The position numbers and the translations under genes are program-made. Of a DNA stretch of 64,000 bases, positions 52,473 through 64,000 are shown piece after piece (position 1 is the first letter of the stretch; each line of letters begins with the position of its first letter). The notes beneath the pieces were generated by a model. It had not been told where the DNA came from. It did not search any database and worked only from the letters and a program-made list of their open reading frames with translations. The stretch spans positions 115,940,001 through 116,004,000 of the forward strand of contig OX597815.1 of assembly GCA_951406725.2 (NCBI GenBank). The letters are read 5' to 3'. This stretch comes from Octopus vulgaris (Eukaryota).

Positions 52473-54457
52473 TAATACCTTAGAAAAAGCAGTTTGAAAA
52501 ACATTCTTCTTCAAAACTTCTCAACTTTTTTTTATCAACTCTGTACATTGTCAGGTTGTCATTTTGCTTATTTTTATGTTACCACAATAGTTGCTAATCC
52601 TTTGAACTTAGGCATTATATCTTTTTCCAACTTAGAAAGATCTGTATTCTGTTCTGTCTCACTTCTTAGAACTCTTGTAAAACACCTTATCTAATCCTTC
52701 ATCTGTTGAACTGTTACTTTTCTGGTTGTGGTGATGGGACGGCTACTTCCTTCCTTTTGTCATTACACAAAATAATATACGAAACTCTCTAAATTATTTT
52801 ATTGTTCTACTTTAGAGTTATCTTAAATATCACAGGCCATGTTTGTCTTTGTGTTCACAAATATTAAAAAAATCTTTCAACCATGTTTCTGCTTTAGTCC
52901 AGGATGATCTTAAACATCATAGGTAGTGTTCTTTTCTATGCTTATAATTTATGTTCACTTGTTAAAACATCTTAAACATTCAAATGGTTACACTTGATAG
53001 CTTTGGTTTGCATTTATTATAAACTGATTATCTACAAACTGTATTTAAATTGAATAACTAATTCTTTCTAGTAAATATTTAAAGTTGCTATATAATTTCT
53101 GAAAATTCACATTAGATGTAACTGTATTACCTTAATTACGTACCTTCATCCTTACTGTATGATAATTTGAAAAGGCTATGTTACACTGGTCTTCTTTTGC
53201 AAACTAATGAAATATCATTGAATATTTAGTGAGAAAACAACTAGCTCCTTTCAAAGCAGTTTTGTTGTTGTTAGAGAAGATTTATTTCTGCTCAAGAACA
53301 GTAAGCTTATAATTCATGCTTAATTGATTTAACACAGGGCAGTGATGTGGATATGAAATTGAAATTTACTCTTGCCTTAGCTGTCAAAAGGAAAAAAAAA
53401 AAAAATGCTTTATAGCAATTGATATATTCATGGCTCTATCAAACTCTCATGTATTTAAAATTATTTTTTCCCTATGCAAGAATAGTTATTATACCTTGTT
53501 CACCTTTTCCTTGATCTACTTTGCTTTCACTCCTACTAAATACTGTTTTTTCATCCCATTCTCTTTATCAATTTTTGATAAAAATGACTTCTGTCATTAA
53601 AAATACTTTTCTCTGATAGCATGAGTTGTTTGAATTTACAAATTTAAATATTTCTTTGAATTATTTTAGCAGTTTACAGTTGGGTGTTCTTTTTAATGTT
53701 AACTATTTATTTGGCCATAATGTTTTGAATTTTTAATACAGCTGAATTGCTAAGTATGATATTGAAACTTACCATTTCATTTTTTATAGACATTATTTAA
53801 ATTCTAATAATAGATCTTTTTTAACTATAAATTATACACCTGATAGATTCTATATATTGTTTAGCTTATACTTCATATTTACTGTCATCAAATTGGTAGT
53901 TTCAGTTAAACTGTTTTTTCTTTGCATAATAGAAAAGTTTTAATGATGTTTTCATAATTTTATTTAACGATGTTTTCAACAATGATTTTTTTTTTTATAT
54001 AAACTACTTTTTCTATGATATTTTAATCTCATCATCTAATTGTTATTATTTTCATACCAGTAACGAAATTGTCCAATATATTATTTGTTTAAAAAAAAGC
54101 ACTGTGTGATCTGGGGGAAACTTGACTGCTACTTCCAGCAAATCAAATGGCTATGTAGAAGCTCCTTTACTGAATACCAAGATCATCCAGTACACATTAA
54201 TGTCACCTTACATAAAGGAAAATAATGGGGAAAATATTTCCCCACTATGTAAGGCAATAATAAAGCAGGTAGAAAACAGCTCTCTCTTACAAATTATTTC
54301 ATTCCTTTAGAGAAGTTGTTTGTCTAATGGATGGCATGTAAGGTATGAGGTACTTAAAGAGTATGTAATAGGTGATGAGAGGCAGGAGTGATAATGTTTT
54401 ACTTTATATATCACATACTTAAGTATACATGTTTGCGTACATATGAGCATACATGTA

Positions 54458-54500
<43 letters not shown>

Positions 54501-54626
54501 TGATATGTATATATGTATATGATATATATATATATACACATACATATATACCTCTCTCTCTATATATATGTACATACATATATATGTATGTATATATATA
54601 TACACACACATGATATATATATGTGT

Positions 54627-55635
54627 CATCATCATCATCATCATTTAACGTCCGCTTTCCATGCTAGCATGGGTTGGACGGTTCAACTGGGGTCTGGGGA
54701 GCCCGAAGGCTGCAGCAGGCCAGTCAGATCTGGCAGTGTTTCTACAGCTGGATGCCCTTCCTAACGCCAACCACTCCGAGAGTGTAGTGGGTGATTTTAT
54801 GTGCCACCGACACAGGTGCCAGACGAGGCTGGCAAACGGCATGCTTGGATGGTGTTTTTATGTGCCACCGACACAGGTGCCAGACGAAGCTGGCGAACGG
54901 CCACGCTCGGATGGTGTTTTTATGTGCCACCGACACAGGTGCCAGACAAGGCTAGCAGACGACCACGCTTGGATGGTGTTTTTATGTGCCACCGACACAG
55001 GTGCCAGACGAGGCTGGCGAACGGCCACGCTCGGATGGTGTTTTTATGTGCCACCGACACAGGTGCCAGACAAGGCTAGCAGACGACCACGCTCAGATGG
55101 TGTTTTTTTATGTGCCACCGACACAGGTGCCAGACGAGGCTGGCGAACGGCCACGCTCGGATGGTGTTTTTATGTGCCACCGACACAGGTGCTAGACAAG
55201 GCTAGCAGACGACCACGCTCGGATGGTGTTTTTTATGTGCCACCGACACAGGAGCCAGATTAGGCTGGCGATCGGCCACGATTGGATGGTGATTGTTACG
55301 TGCCCACAGCATGGAGGCCACGGCCACGTTCGGATGGTTTTCTTGTGTGCCACCGACACTGGTACCACAAAGATACAAATTCCATTCATGTTCATCTATT
55401 TTGATTTTGTTTGATTTTCACTTGCCTCAACAGGTCTTCACAAGTGTCACAAGAAGGAAGGTATGCACAGGTGGACTGACTACGTCCCAGGTAGGGGCCA
55501 CGGGTTATGGCTTGACTAGTCTTGCCGGGTCTTCTCACGCACAGCATACTTCCATAGGTCTCGGTCTCTAGTCATTTCCTTGGTGAGACCTAAAGTTCGT
55601 AGGTCGTGCTTCACCACTTCGTCCCAGGTTTTCCT
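54627..55635 (-). mobile_element. Short 5'-truncated RTE LINE copy with an expanded 3'-UTR array
   Basis: Encodes RKTWDEVVKHDLRTLGLTKEMTRDRDLWKYAVREKTRQD*, nearly identical to the end of the 14487-14951 ORF. It has the same 3' tail and (ATG)n and is flanked by (TA)n. Confidence 0.95.
54795..55370. repeat. Tandem array of ~62-bp units (8 full and 2 degenerate)
   Basis: GTGCCACCGAC occurs at 54801, 54862, 54924, 54986, 55048, 55112, 55174, 55237 and 55347, with a degenerate copy at ~55300. Confidence 0.95.
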
Positions 55636-55636
55636 A

Positions 55637-55686
<50 letters not shown>

Positions 55687-55884
55687 TATATTGATTGTTT
55701 TCATGGTGGCTTGAGTTTGACAAAATGATTTGGGGGGAGATTTTTTTCTATGGTGAGATGTCCTATCTGTTACCAACCTTTACCTGTTTTTCAAGTTAGA
55801 TATTTTTCATTCCACTTGTTATCACGCTGTTTTCACTCAGGTACTGTTAATGAAGATTAATAGAATGTCATTCACACACACACA

Positions 55885-56045
55885 CACACGTAGTATCTAT
55901 CTTCTCAGTTTCCATCTACCAAACTCACTCACATGGCATTGGTCAGCCCAGTGCTCTAGTAGAAGAAACTTGCCTAAGAAGCTATGGAGTAAGATAAAAT
56001 CTGAAACCACATGGTTGTAAAGTGACCTTCTTTACCATAAAACAC
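55885..56045 (-). mobile_element. 5' half of a family A SINE
   Basis: CAGTTTCCATCTACCAAACTCACTCACA...TAGTAGAAGAAACTTGCC...AAACCACATGGTTG. Confidence 0.7.
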
Positions 56046-56289
56046 TTAAGTATGTGTATGTGTACATGCTTGTACACACACTCACACACACCCTTAAGCT
56101 CCACAATAGGAATTAACTTCGAATTATAATAGAAATTGACTATGTTCAACGTTACTGAAGTTTGTAATGAAAACAGGCTCCAATTTTTTTCTTTACTTTT
56201 GTTTTCAGTACATGAAATCACTGCAGGCAAAGTCTGTAGGTCAGTTTTAGGTAACAGGGTGGGGTAAACTTTCATAAATGTAGACACCC

Positions 56290-56342
<53 letters not shown>

Positions 56343-56344
<2 letters not shown>

Positions 56345-56569
56345 CATTTCAAAATGTAACCACATGTGGATTGTTGGTGAGTTTTTTGCTCTATCTTCCT
56401 TTTCTCTTGGACTTTCCTCAGTCCCCTGTTTATGACGAAGAGCTTTGCTCAAAACATAAAACCACCTTTCTTTCCTTTCCTGAGCGTCTGCTAATACTTT
56501 ACATGTATCACATCCTTGTGTTGTTTTTCTTGTGTTTGTTCTTCGTTTTTTTTTGGGGGGGGATTAACT

Positions 56570-56570
<1 letters not shown>
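56343..56570 (+). mobile_element. Probable Penelope-like element terminal-repeat fragment with decayed hammerhead motif
   Basis: Contains GTTT-ATGACGA-A-GAGC-TTT-GCTC-AAAAC-ATA-AAAC (56428-56462) and lies between microsatellites. Confidence 0.55.
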
Positions 56571-56636
<66 letters not shown>

Positions 56637-56639
<3 letters not shown>

Positions 56640-57503
56640 GGTGCAATGGGTAAATTGTTGCCATTTTATATATTTAATTATGCGCATTGTTTGTTTTTTT
56701 GATTCTGTCAACTACATAGTATAATAAGGTCAGTTGAGCAGCGTCTGTGAAAAAAACACCACCATGACACAATGCACTCTGCCAGAAATTTTGAAATGAT
56801 GTGTGCTGTATTGCTTGGCATTCACACCAGTGGCTCTAATATGAATATGACAGAGTGTTTGGGCATCAGTCTGTGGGCATGTATGGAGAATGATAAAAAT
56901 CAAACATCCAGTCAACACCGTGGTGTTTGGAGTGATCACGAGTGATGGCAACGTTATGCTTCCATTCATCTTCCCACATGGCCTTCACACTCAATATGGA
57001 GGCCTACATCAAGTTCCTGGAGCAGGTAGTGCTGCCCTACGTGAAGAGGATGGCTTCTGGAAGATCCTGTGTCTGGCAACAGGACTCTGCACCATGCCAC
57101 ACAAGCAGGAGATCCCAGTCATGGTTGTCGGACAGTTTCTGCAACCACATTACCCCTAACATCTGGTTACCTAACTCCCCATACCGCAACCCTCTTGATT
57201 ATTATATGTGGGACATAGTTTAGTAAGCGACCAACAAGACTCCTTGTAATACCAAAGATGAACTGAAGGCAAGGATTATGGCAGCATTCATCAACTTAAA
57301 CAAGGAGACCATCCAGAAGAGTTGCAGGAGATTCTGAAGTCAACTGGAGGCCGTGGTTGAAGCCAATGGCAATTTTATTGAATAGATTTATTTTTTAGTA
57401 TTTCAAGATATTTTTATGTAATTTTGGTAAATATATGTTAAAATGAGATGTTAGTGTTATTTTCATTTTTGCATAATTTAGAAAACAGTTTATTCACCAC
57501 ATC

Positions 57504-57505
<2 letters not shown>
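56637..57505 (+). mobile_element. Internally deleted Tc1/mariner-superfamily transposon, DD37D (maT-type)
   Basis: Starts TA-CAGGGTGCAATGGGTAAATTG, with a degenerate inverted end at ~57484-57505. Encodes KIKHPVNTVVFGVITSDG and VWQQDSAPCH...WLPNSPYRNPLDYYMW (37 residues between the Asps), then PCNTKDELKARI. Confidence 0.9.
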
Positions 57506-57537
<32 letters not shown>

Positions 57538-58679
57538 ACACACATATCATATATATATATGCACGCGCGCGCGCGCACGCACACACACACACACATTCAG
57601 ATAAATATTAGATAGATAGATAAGTACAAAACAAAGTATTGAGAGAAATGTCATTGGCTAAAACTATAACCATGCTGCTGGACACAACACACCAACATGG
57701 CCGCAGTCCAACAACTGAAACTAGTTAAAAATAAAAACAGTAAATAAGAAATAACTTTTAAATATGTCCTCAGGAAAAAAAATAAAAAACGAGAGTTACT
57801 ATATATAACTTTGTATAAAAGATACATTGAGACACTTCAAAACATTTTATCCACTCAATAAAGTTTACAAAAACTGTATTTTTCATGTTTTCATAATGCT
57901 TGATACATATAACTATTCATTCCAAATGCTTAAATATTTAGTAACACATCTAGTCCTAAAAATAACACCTGCTGTTTGTGCGTTTTCTGCACATTTGCTC
58001 TTACAAAAGGAATATTCTTAAGATGATGTTTGTGACATCTATTGCATCACTAGTGGGAATACTGTGTTGAAGAAAAAGCAACAACAATAATAATAATCAC
58101 TTAACTGGAACCATTCAATGTTGTCTGAGTAGTTTCCTGGAATGTGTTTTAGATTCTCATTAAAAGTTTTGCTTCTTCTGGGTTTATTAATTACAAGAAA
58201 TAAGAAATATCAGTTGAGGAGAAATGATTAATTTTTTATCTGTTTTAGTCTGCTGAAAATGCATCCATATCATTATGGAATAATTTCCTCTTAGTCAAAA
58301 TTTACCTTTTATCTGTTATTTCAAATGTTTCGAAAGAAAATTAATGACTGTCTGTTTTATGATTGTCTTCCTAGTTGAATGACATATTTCTACTTCACCA
58401 TAACAGTTTCGATTAACTTGTTACACATTTTCTAGTTTTCTTGTTGTTTTCTGAGTTTCTTTATCTTTCTAAATGAATTTCCCATTACAGAGAAAAAGCA
58501 ATGACCATGGCTCATGTGTTTTATGCTTCATTTACTTTTAATCAACCACGTGAACCATAATGTTTTTGGTTTCAGTTTTTCTTAGAGTTTTTAGAATAAT
58601 GAATGATTAAATTGAGGTCAAAATATTTTTCTCTTGGGCATTTACGGTTAGTGCTGCTAAGATTCTCTGTCCTTTATCC

Positions 58680-58931
58680 TTTTCTTTTACTTGTTTCAGT
58701 CATTATATTTCTTTACTTAATAATATATTTCTTTACTTGTTTCAGTCATTAGACCGTGGCCATGCTGGGGCACCACCTGGAAGTGTTTTAGTCAAATAAA
58801 TAGACTCCAGTACATGTTTATTTTTTAAGCCTGGCACTTATTCTATTGCTTTCTTTTTGCCTGACCACTAAGTTATGGGGATGTAAACAGAACAACACAG
58901 TTGTCAAGTGATGGTGGGTGACATACACAAA

Positions 58932-58966
<35 letters not shown>

Positions 58967-59115
58967 TTCTTTCAATTTCTGTCTACTAAATCCATGGAAA
59001 AAAGGCTTTAGTCTGCCCTGGGCTATAGAAGACACTTGCTCAAGGTGCCGTTGGAGTGGGTCTGAACCCAGAACCATATGGCTGGGAAACCAACTTATCG
59101 CACACCCATTCCTGC
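58680..59115 (-). mobile_element. tRNA-derived SINE, family A variant
   Basis: TTTACTTGTTTCAGTCATT (duplicated), GGCCATGCTGGGGCACC, (CA)n, and GGCTATAGAAGACACTTGCTCAAGGTGCC. Confidence 0.85.
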
Positions 59116-59259
59116 ATTTTTGTTAAATTTTTTTAAACAAACCTTGACCTAACTCAGCTGCCAACTAAATAATTTATCAGGCAAACTACAGTAATTTACT
59201 TTGTTTCATAATTTAGGAGTTAAGTTTTATAGTATCGGCTTATTTTCAGAAACTGAAGT

Positions 59260-59441
59260 TTAACCCTTTTGATACCTACCCGGCTGAAATTGCCTCTGGC
59301 TCTGTAATTAAAATCTTCCATCAAACCACTTGTAACAATTTATGTTCCTAACACTAAGTTATTTTACTAAATTCTTTGTTATATTTAAAATTAAAAGATA
59401 CACAGAACATCTCAACAGAAATATAGTAACAAAATGGTTAA
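59260..59441. mobile_element. piggyBac-type MITE, second family
   Basis: TTAACCCTTTTGATAC ... GTAACAAAATGGTTAA. Confidence 0.7.
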
Positions 59442-60674
59442 AGGTCTATATGCTGAGTGTTAGTTGGATTTCTTTTAATGATGCATGTACTCCAATTTCT
59501 CTGGTTAGTTTAAGAAAAAGGCTGAATATTTATTTTTTTCCTTTTATTTTTCAATATAATTTTATAAAATTACTAGCAATGCATCTCAGCATTGTCCATG
59601 TGTTATGACCTACAGCCATATTGTATAATTTGTTCCTTTCTTATGGGCAGAATTAGCACAGCTGATATATAGTGAACTGGATTACTAGTGTAATGAAAGT
59701 TATTGTTTGTTTAAAAGTGAAGTGGTGGTGGTGGTGGTGGGTACAATTTGCATGGGTTTGCATGAAAGCACTTTCTGTTGGAATCACGTTTTCAAAATTT
59801 TAGTTTCCCCGTCCCCACCACAATTTTTTAATTTGTAACTTTTTTATGAATATTTTTTTTTCATCCATGTAGAAAAATACAGTGATTATGAATTTGGGAA
59901 ATGCATTTTTTTTTTAAAGTTTAATTTTTCTTACAGAAACACTCAGTGCCCCTTCTTCCACCTTGCCCATCCATCATCTACCCACTTTCAAAAAGCTAAA
60001 AACACCTTATGTTTCACTTTCATCTGATGTTTCACACATGCATAGAATTGTACTGAACAGCAGATGTAAAGAATATTAGAGCACCACCAGAAAACTTGAC
60101 ATACTAGAAACAACAGGTAAACGACATTATTTCTGAAGAAACTTCCCTTCTTTCCAAAAAGCTAGAAATGAAACATTGGGAGTTTGTAGCTTTTTGAAAG
60201 TAGTGAGGTGATGGGTGGATGTTTGGGAAGGAGATTTTAGTGTTTCTTTAAGAAAAAAGAAAAAAGTTCTCAAAGATTCATATTCTCTCTATTTTTCTCT
60301 GTGGATTACCAAAAAAAAAAAAAAAAATCAAAAGAAGTAAAAAATGAAGAAATTGGGATGGGTAGGGAGAAAATTACAATATTGAGAAGAGGCTTTTTGG
60401 GCAAAACTCTAATCTTCTGTATTGAAAACATAGGAAGAAATTTTGGGATAAAATCAGGACTGGAGGGTGCAAATGTCACCTCAGACATGCTAGAAACAAC
60501 AGGTACAGAACAGGACTTCTGGGGGAACTTCCTTTTAAATTTATATCGAAGATCAGGTTTTTAAATACACTCATCACAAACATGAATTACAGAATAGAAA
60601 AAGGTGATTTCAATTGTATTTGAGCTGTAATTTTGTGCATGCACATAGCAGTTATCTTATGGCATTCTTTTGTT

Positions 60675-61041
60675 TGAAGCAGGAAAATTGTCAACGTGAT
60701 CATGATTGATCATATGGGATCATATGATTGTTCGTTAATTTCCATAAAATTTTAAAAAATTTCTTTATGCTTTGAAAAGAGCAGAAATTGAAAGAGAGGA
60801 AAGTGAAAAGGCAACATTTGCTTTGAGATGATAACAGAAAGTGGGAGGAGAAAGTGAAAGATGTATTTACGTGTATATGAAATGGATGTGTGTGTGAGAG
60901 TAAGTGAAGCTGTGTTGTTATGTATGTATTCTTTGCATGTATGTGTAAGTGGCACTCGCTTACTCTCTCTCTCTCCCTCTCCCTCTCTCTCTCTCCCTCT
61001 CTCTCTCCCTCTCTCTCTCTCTCTCCCTCTCTCTCTCCCTC

Positions 61042-61072
<31 letters not shown>

Positions 61073-61982
61073 TTATCTTTCATATACATGTACATAAATA
61101 CCTATGCATACATCTTTTTTTGTATGTATGTGTGCATGTGAGAGAGAAAGTGACTGTATGGATGTTTTTTACGGTACACATTCATATTAGAAAATGTGAC
61201 ATGATGGTGGTATAAAATGTCATTTAAGATAGTTGATTTATAGAAAGATTATAATATTAAGTTTTTGTAATGCAAATATAGAAATGAAAATAAAGTTTAT
61301 TTGTTAGCCGAAAGATTACTGAATCTTTTGATACCCCATACATCAAAATTGGCAACTCAGTTTTCGAATGTATTCGTTAATTTCCGTAATTTAAAAAAAT
61401 TTCTTTATGCTTTGAAGAGAAGAGAAAGTGAAACTGCAACTTTTGCTTTGAAGTGAGTGCAGAAAGTAAAAAAGAGAAGAAAGTCAAAAATGAATGTACA
61501 TATATATGGAATGGACGTGTGTGCATGAGAGAGGGAAGAAGATAGAGAGTGAGTGAGTGAAGGTGTGTGTTGTCATGTTTGTGTAAGTGGCACTCACTTG
61601 GTCTCTATCTTACACACACACACACACCTTTCGTATACTCATACATAAATACATCTTTTTTGTATATATGTGTGCATGTGAGAGAGAGAATGACTGACTG
61701 TATGTCATCATAACATATAGAGAAATGGATGTCTTTTAAGGAACACAATCATATTGGAAGTGTGACGTCGTTGTTGCCATGGTATAAAATGTTTACGATA
61801 GTTGACTTATAGAAAAGATTATAATGTAAAATTTTTGTAATGTTACTATGTAAATGAAAATAAAGTTTATTTGGTAGTCGTAAGATTACTGAATCTTTTG
61901 ATATCCCATACATCAAAATCAGTAACTCAGTTTTTGAATGCATAAGGAAGATGCATTCACACACACTTTTATATTTATATAT
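60675..61982 (+). mobile_element. Tandem dimer of a Helitron-like non-autonomous element
   Basis: Two ~600-bp units starting TTCGTTAATTTCC (~60731, ~61373) and ending GATTACTGAATCTTTTGATA.CCCATACATCAAAAT...AACTCAGTTTT.GAATG. The 3' end is CATTCACACACACTTTTATAT. Confidence 0.65.
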
Positions 61983-62008
61983 ATCATCATCATCATCGTT
62001 TAGCGTCC

Positions 62009-62044
<36 letters not shown>

Positions 62045-62047
<3 letters not shown>

Positions 62048-62380
62048 ACGTCCCTGTTTGTCATTCTCTCTGTCTCTCACATTCCCTGTGTGTCCATTTT
62101 TTCCTCTCTCCTTCCCTGATATCAGCGGCCCTCATTATGTCACATTTCCTTGAACCTAACACTTTTGCATCCCTCTCATTTTATCATGTAATAGCCCAAC
62201 CCCTGTAGATGGTTCATTATCGATTTTTATTGAAATCCAGTTAGCCTATAATTGAACTGGATGTTTGTTCAACATGTATACAAAGTTTGCTGAAGATTGG
62301 TTCCTTGGTTTGGGTAACAAGATGGTAACAGACTGATGGATAGACAGACACAGACAAAAATTGCAATTTATATATAAGAT
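62045..62380 (+). mobile_element. Helitron-like (Lep1/HINE-type) 3' fragment
   Basis: AACATGTATACAAAGTTTG..GAAGATTGG...GACAGACACAGACAAAAATTGCAATTTTATATATAAGAT, typical 3' architecture for these elements. Confidence 0.65.
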
Positions 62381-62546
62381 TCCTCTTATTGTTGTGGCTA
62401 CTCTAATAAAAGTTCAATGTTGTATTTCAAGTTGAAGCCATTCTGGTACATAATCAGAGTTGTTGCAGAGACCAGTGTATTTAGATTTGTATGATTAGCT
62501 GTGCAATGAAAGAATGTAGTCATCAGGTGGAATTCCATTGCAATCT

Positions 62547-62603
<57 letters not shown>

Positions 62604-62628
62604 TGTGTGTGTGTGTGTATTAATATAT

Positions 62629-62857
62629 TATTTAATAAACACAATATATATTTTTATGTGCTACTATTAGTTTCATGTGCCGAGAGCATGCCAGACAGTA
62701 TTAACATGTTTGGTGTCCAAGCACAATCATCAGGTACTGCCCACTTGTCATAATGAACTATCCCATGTGATTATAGGAGGACACCAGATGTTAAAAAACA
62801 TGCTCTCGGCACATGAAACTAATAGTAGCATATAAAACATAGTGTGTTTATTAAATA
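62629..62857. repeat. Long inverted repeat (probable MITE)
   Basis: Perfect 32-bp arms at 62659-62690 and 62799-62830, with additional outer and inner pairing. Confidence 0.9.
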
Positions 62858-62915
62858 TTTATCTCTTACCAACTGGAGTACTTTTTTGTTGTGCTTACTG
62901 TCATGGAACAATACA

Positions 62916-62953
<38 letters not shown>

Positions 62954-63178
62954 TGATTTCATGTTCTGTTCAATTATATTAGTGATTTAGCATGGATCAA
63001 AACCAGAGTACAATTAAACCAGTATGCACCATGTTTTCTGTTGTAGGTATTCTTTGTTTTATTGGGTCAGTAGACAAGGATTTAACTAGCTGTTCATAGT
63101 TTGACCTGTTACATAAGATAAATGCTATAAGATGGAGCATTGGTATTCTAATTTAAAATAAAAGAATTGTTTGAGTTA

Positions 63179-63389
63179 CTGTAATCCCTCGACTATTGAA
63201 GGTGTTATGTTCCCCACCCCATGACTGGTGAAAATCTGCAAAGTAGAAATAGTACTGTGTATTTTTTAAAATTATTTTTGTAATTTGTATATATTTTATT
63301 ATAAATGCAAAGCAACATCACAGAGAAATCAATGTTAGCTTAAATAATAAACAGTGATAGATGAATCACAATATGGTGAGGGATTACTG
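63179..63389. mobile_element. pogo/Tigger-type MITE
   Basis: TA-CTGTAATCCCTCG ... TGAGGGATTACTG-TA termini. Confidence 0.75.
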
Positions 63390-64000
63390 TATACATGTAA
63401 AAAAAAGATGCATAAACTAGTTGCATTATGAGCTATTTATTTTGAGCCTGATCCTCAAAGGGACAAAAAATGAATTTAGGTACTGGATAGAATCTTTAAG
63501 CTGCCCCAGTGCAAGACTAAGAAGTATTTTTCAGTAAAATGTAAGTTTATAAATATCTACATAACATAAGGTTATAAGTATCTATATAACATCAAAGATC
63601 TGGTGCCTCCTGGTTAGTGTATCTTGTCTAGAAAAAATTCTTGTAAAGATCAAGAGGTTGTTTATGCCAATATTTATGAAAGAACAAACTCAACCTCCAA
63701 GATGGTCTCAGGACAACAAATATAAAAATATGCAGACATACATTAAAGCTGAGATTTTTGTGTTGATGGGTTTGCCAGGCAAGTGTAGATAGTATATTAG
63801 TGTCTTTGTCTTATCAGTATATCCCAGGAGGTTGTGTTGACAGCAAAGAGTTGGCATTTAAAAAAATATCATTTAAGGAGGCAAGAATAGAAATGATTCA
63901 TTCTTTCTTCAAAAGTGTTGTAACAGATGGGGGAAATTGGTCAAATAAGTTATGTAAATGGAATGCATTTGAGATGGGGAGGACTGGGTAAAGCCTAAGA

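Noticed and set aside
54661-55263. 200-aa repetitive ORF
   Set aside because: Antisense translation of the 62-bp array.
54795-55370. CRISPR-like repeat/spacer appearance
   Set aside because: The 'spacers' are variants of each other, the array lies inside a LINE 3' UTR, the context is eukaryotic and no cas genes are present.
63498-63520. miR-22/745-like AAGCTGCCCCAGTG
   Set aside because: No complementary arm nearby.

Overview
This is AT-rich eukaryotic DNA, not prokaryotic. The SINE families, the RTE LINE with an (ATG)n tail and the abundant (TA)n/(CA)n microsatellites look like an octopus (coleoid cephalopod) genome; this is pattern recognition, not a database match. I find no confidently identifiable host exon, rRNA, true tRNA gene or CRISPR array, so the window is probably a large intron or intergenic region. 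Its content is mostly transposable elements. These are a young 5'-truncated RTE LINE with a PHD finger inside its RT domain (13.4-15.6 kb), a second copy whose 3' UTR carries an expanded 62-bp array (54.6-55.6 kb), and two old LINEs. There are also DD41D, DD37D and mariner transposase relics, piggyBac-type and pogo/Tigger-type MITEs, Helentron/Helitron-like non-autonomous elements, about 18 SINE copies or fragments, and a Penelope-like repeat with a decayed minimal hammerhead ribozyme. The most interesting signals are the PHD-in-RT architecture, recurrent tandem expansion of one LINE-tail hairpin motif, the hammerhead relic, and several long inverted repeats that could form dsRNA. Nearly all other ORFs in the track are microsatellite or chance frames. 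Boundaries of degenerate elements are approximate.
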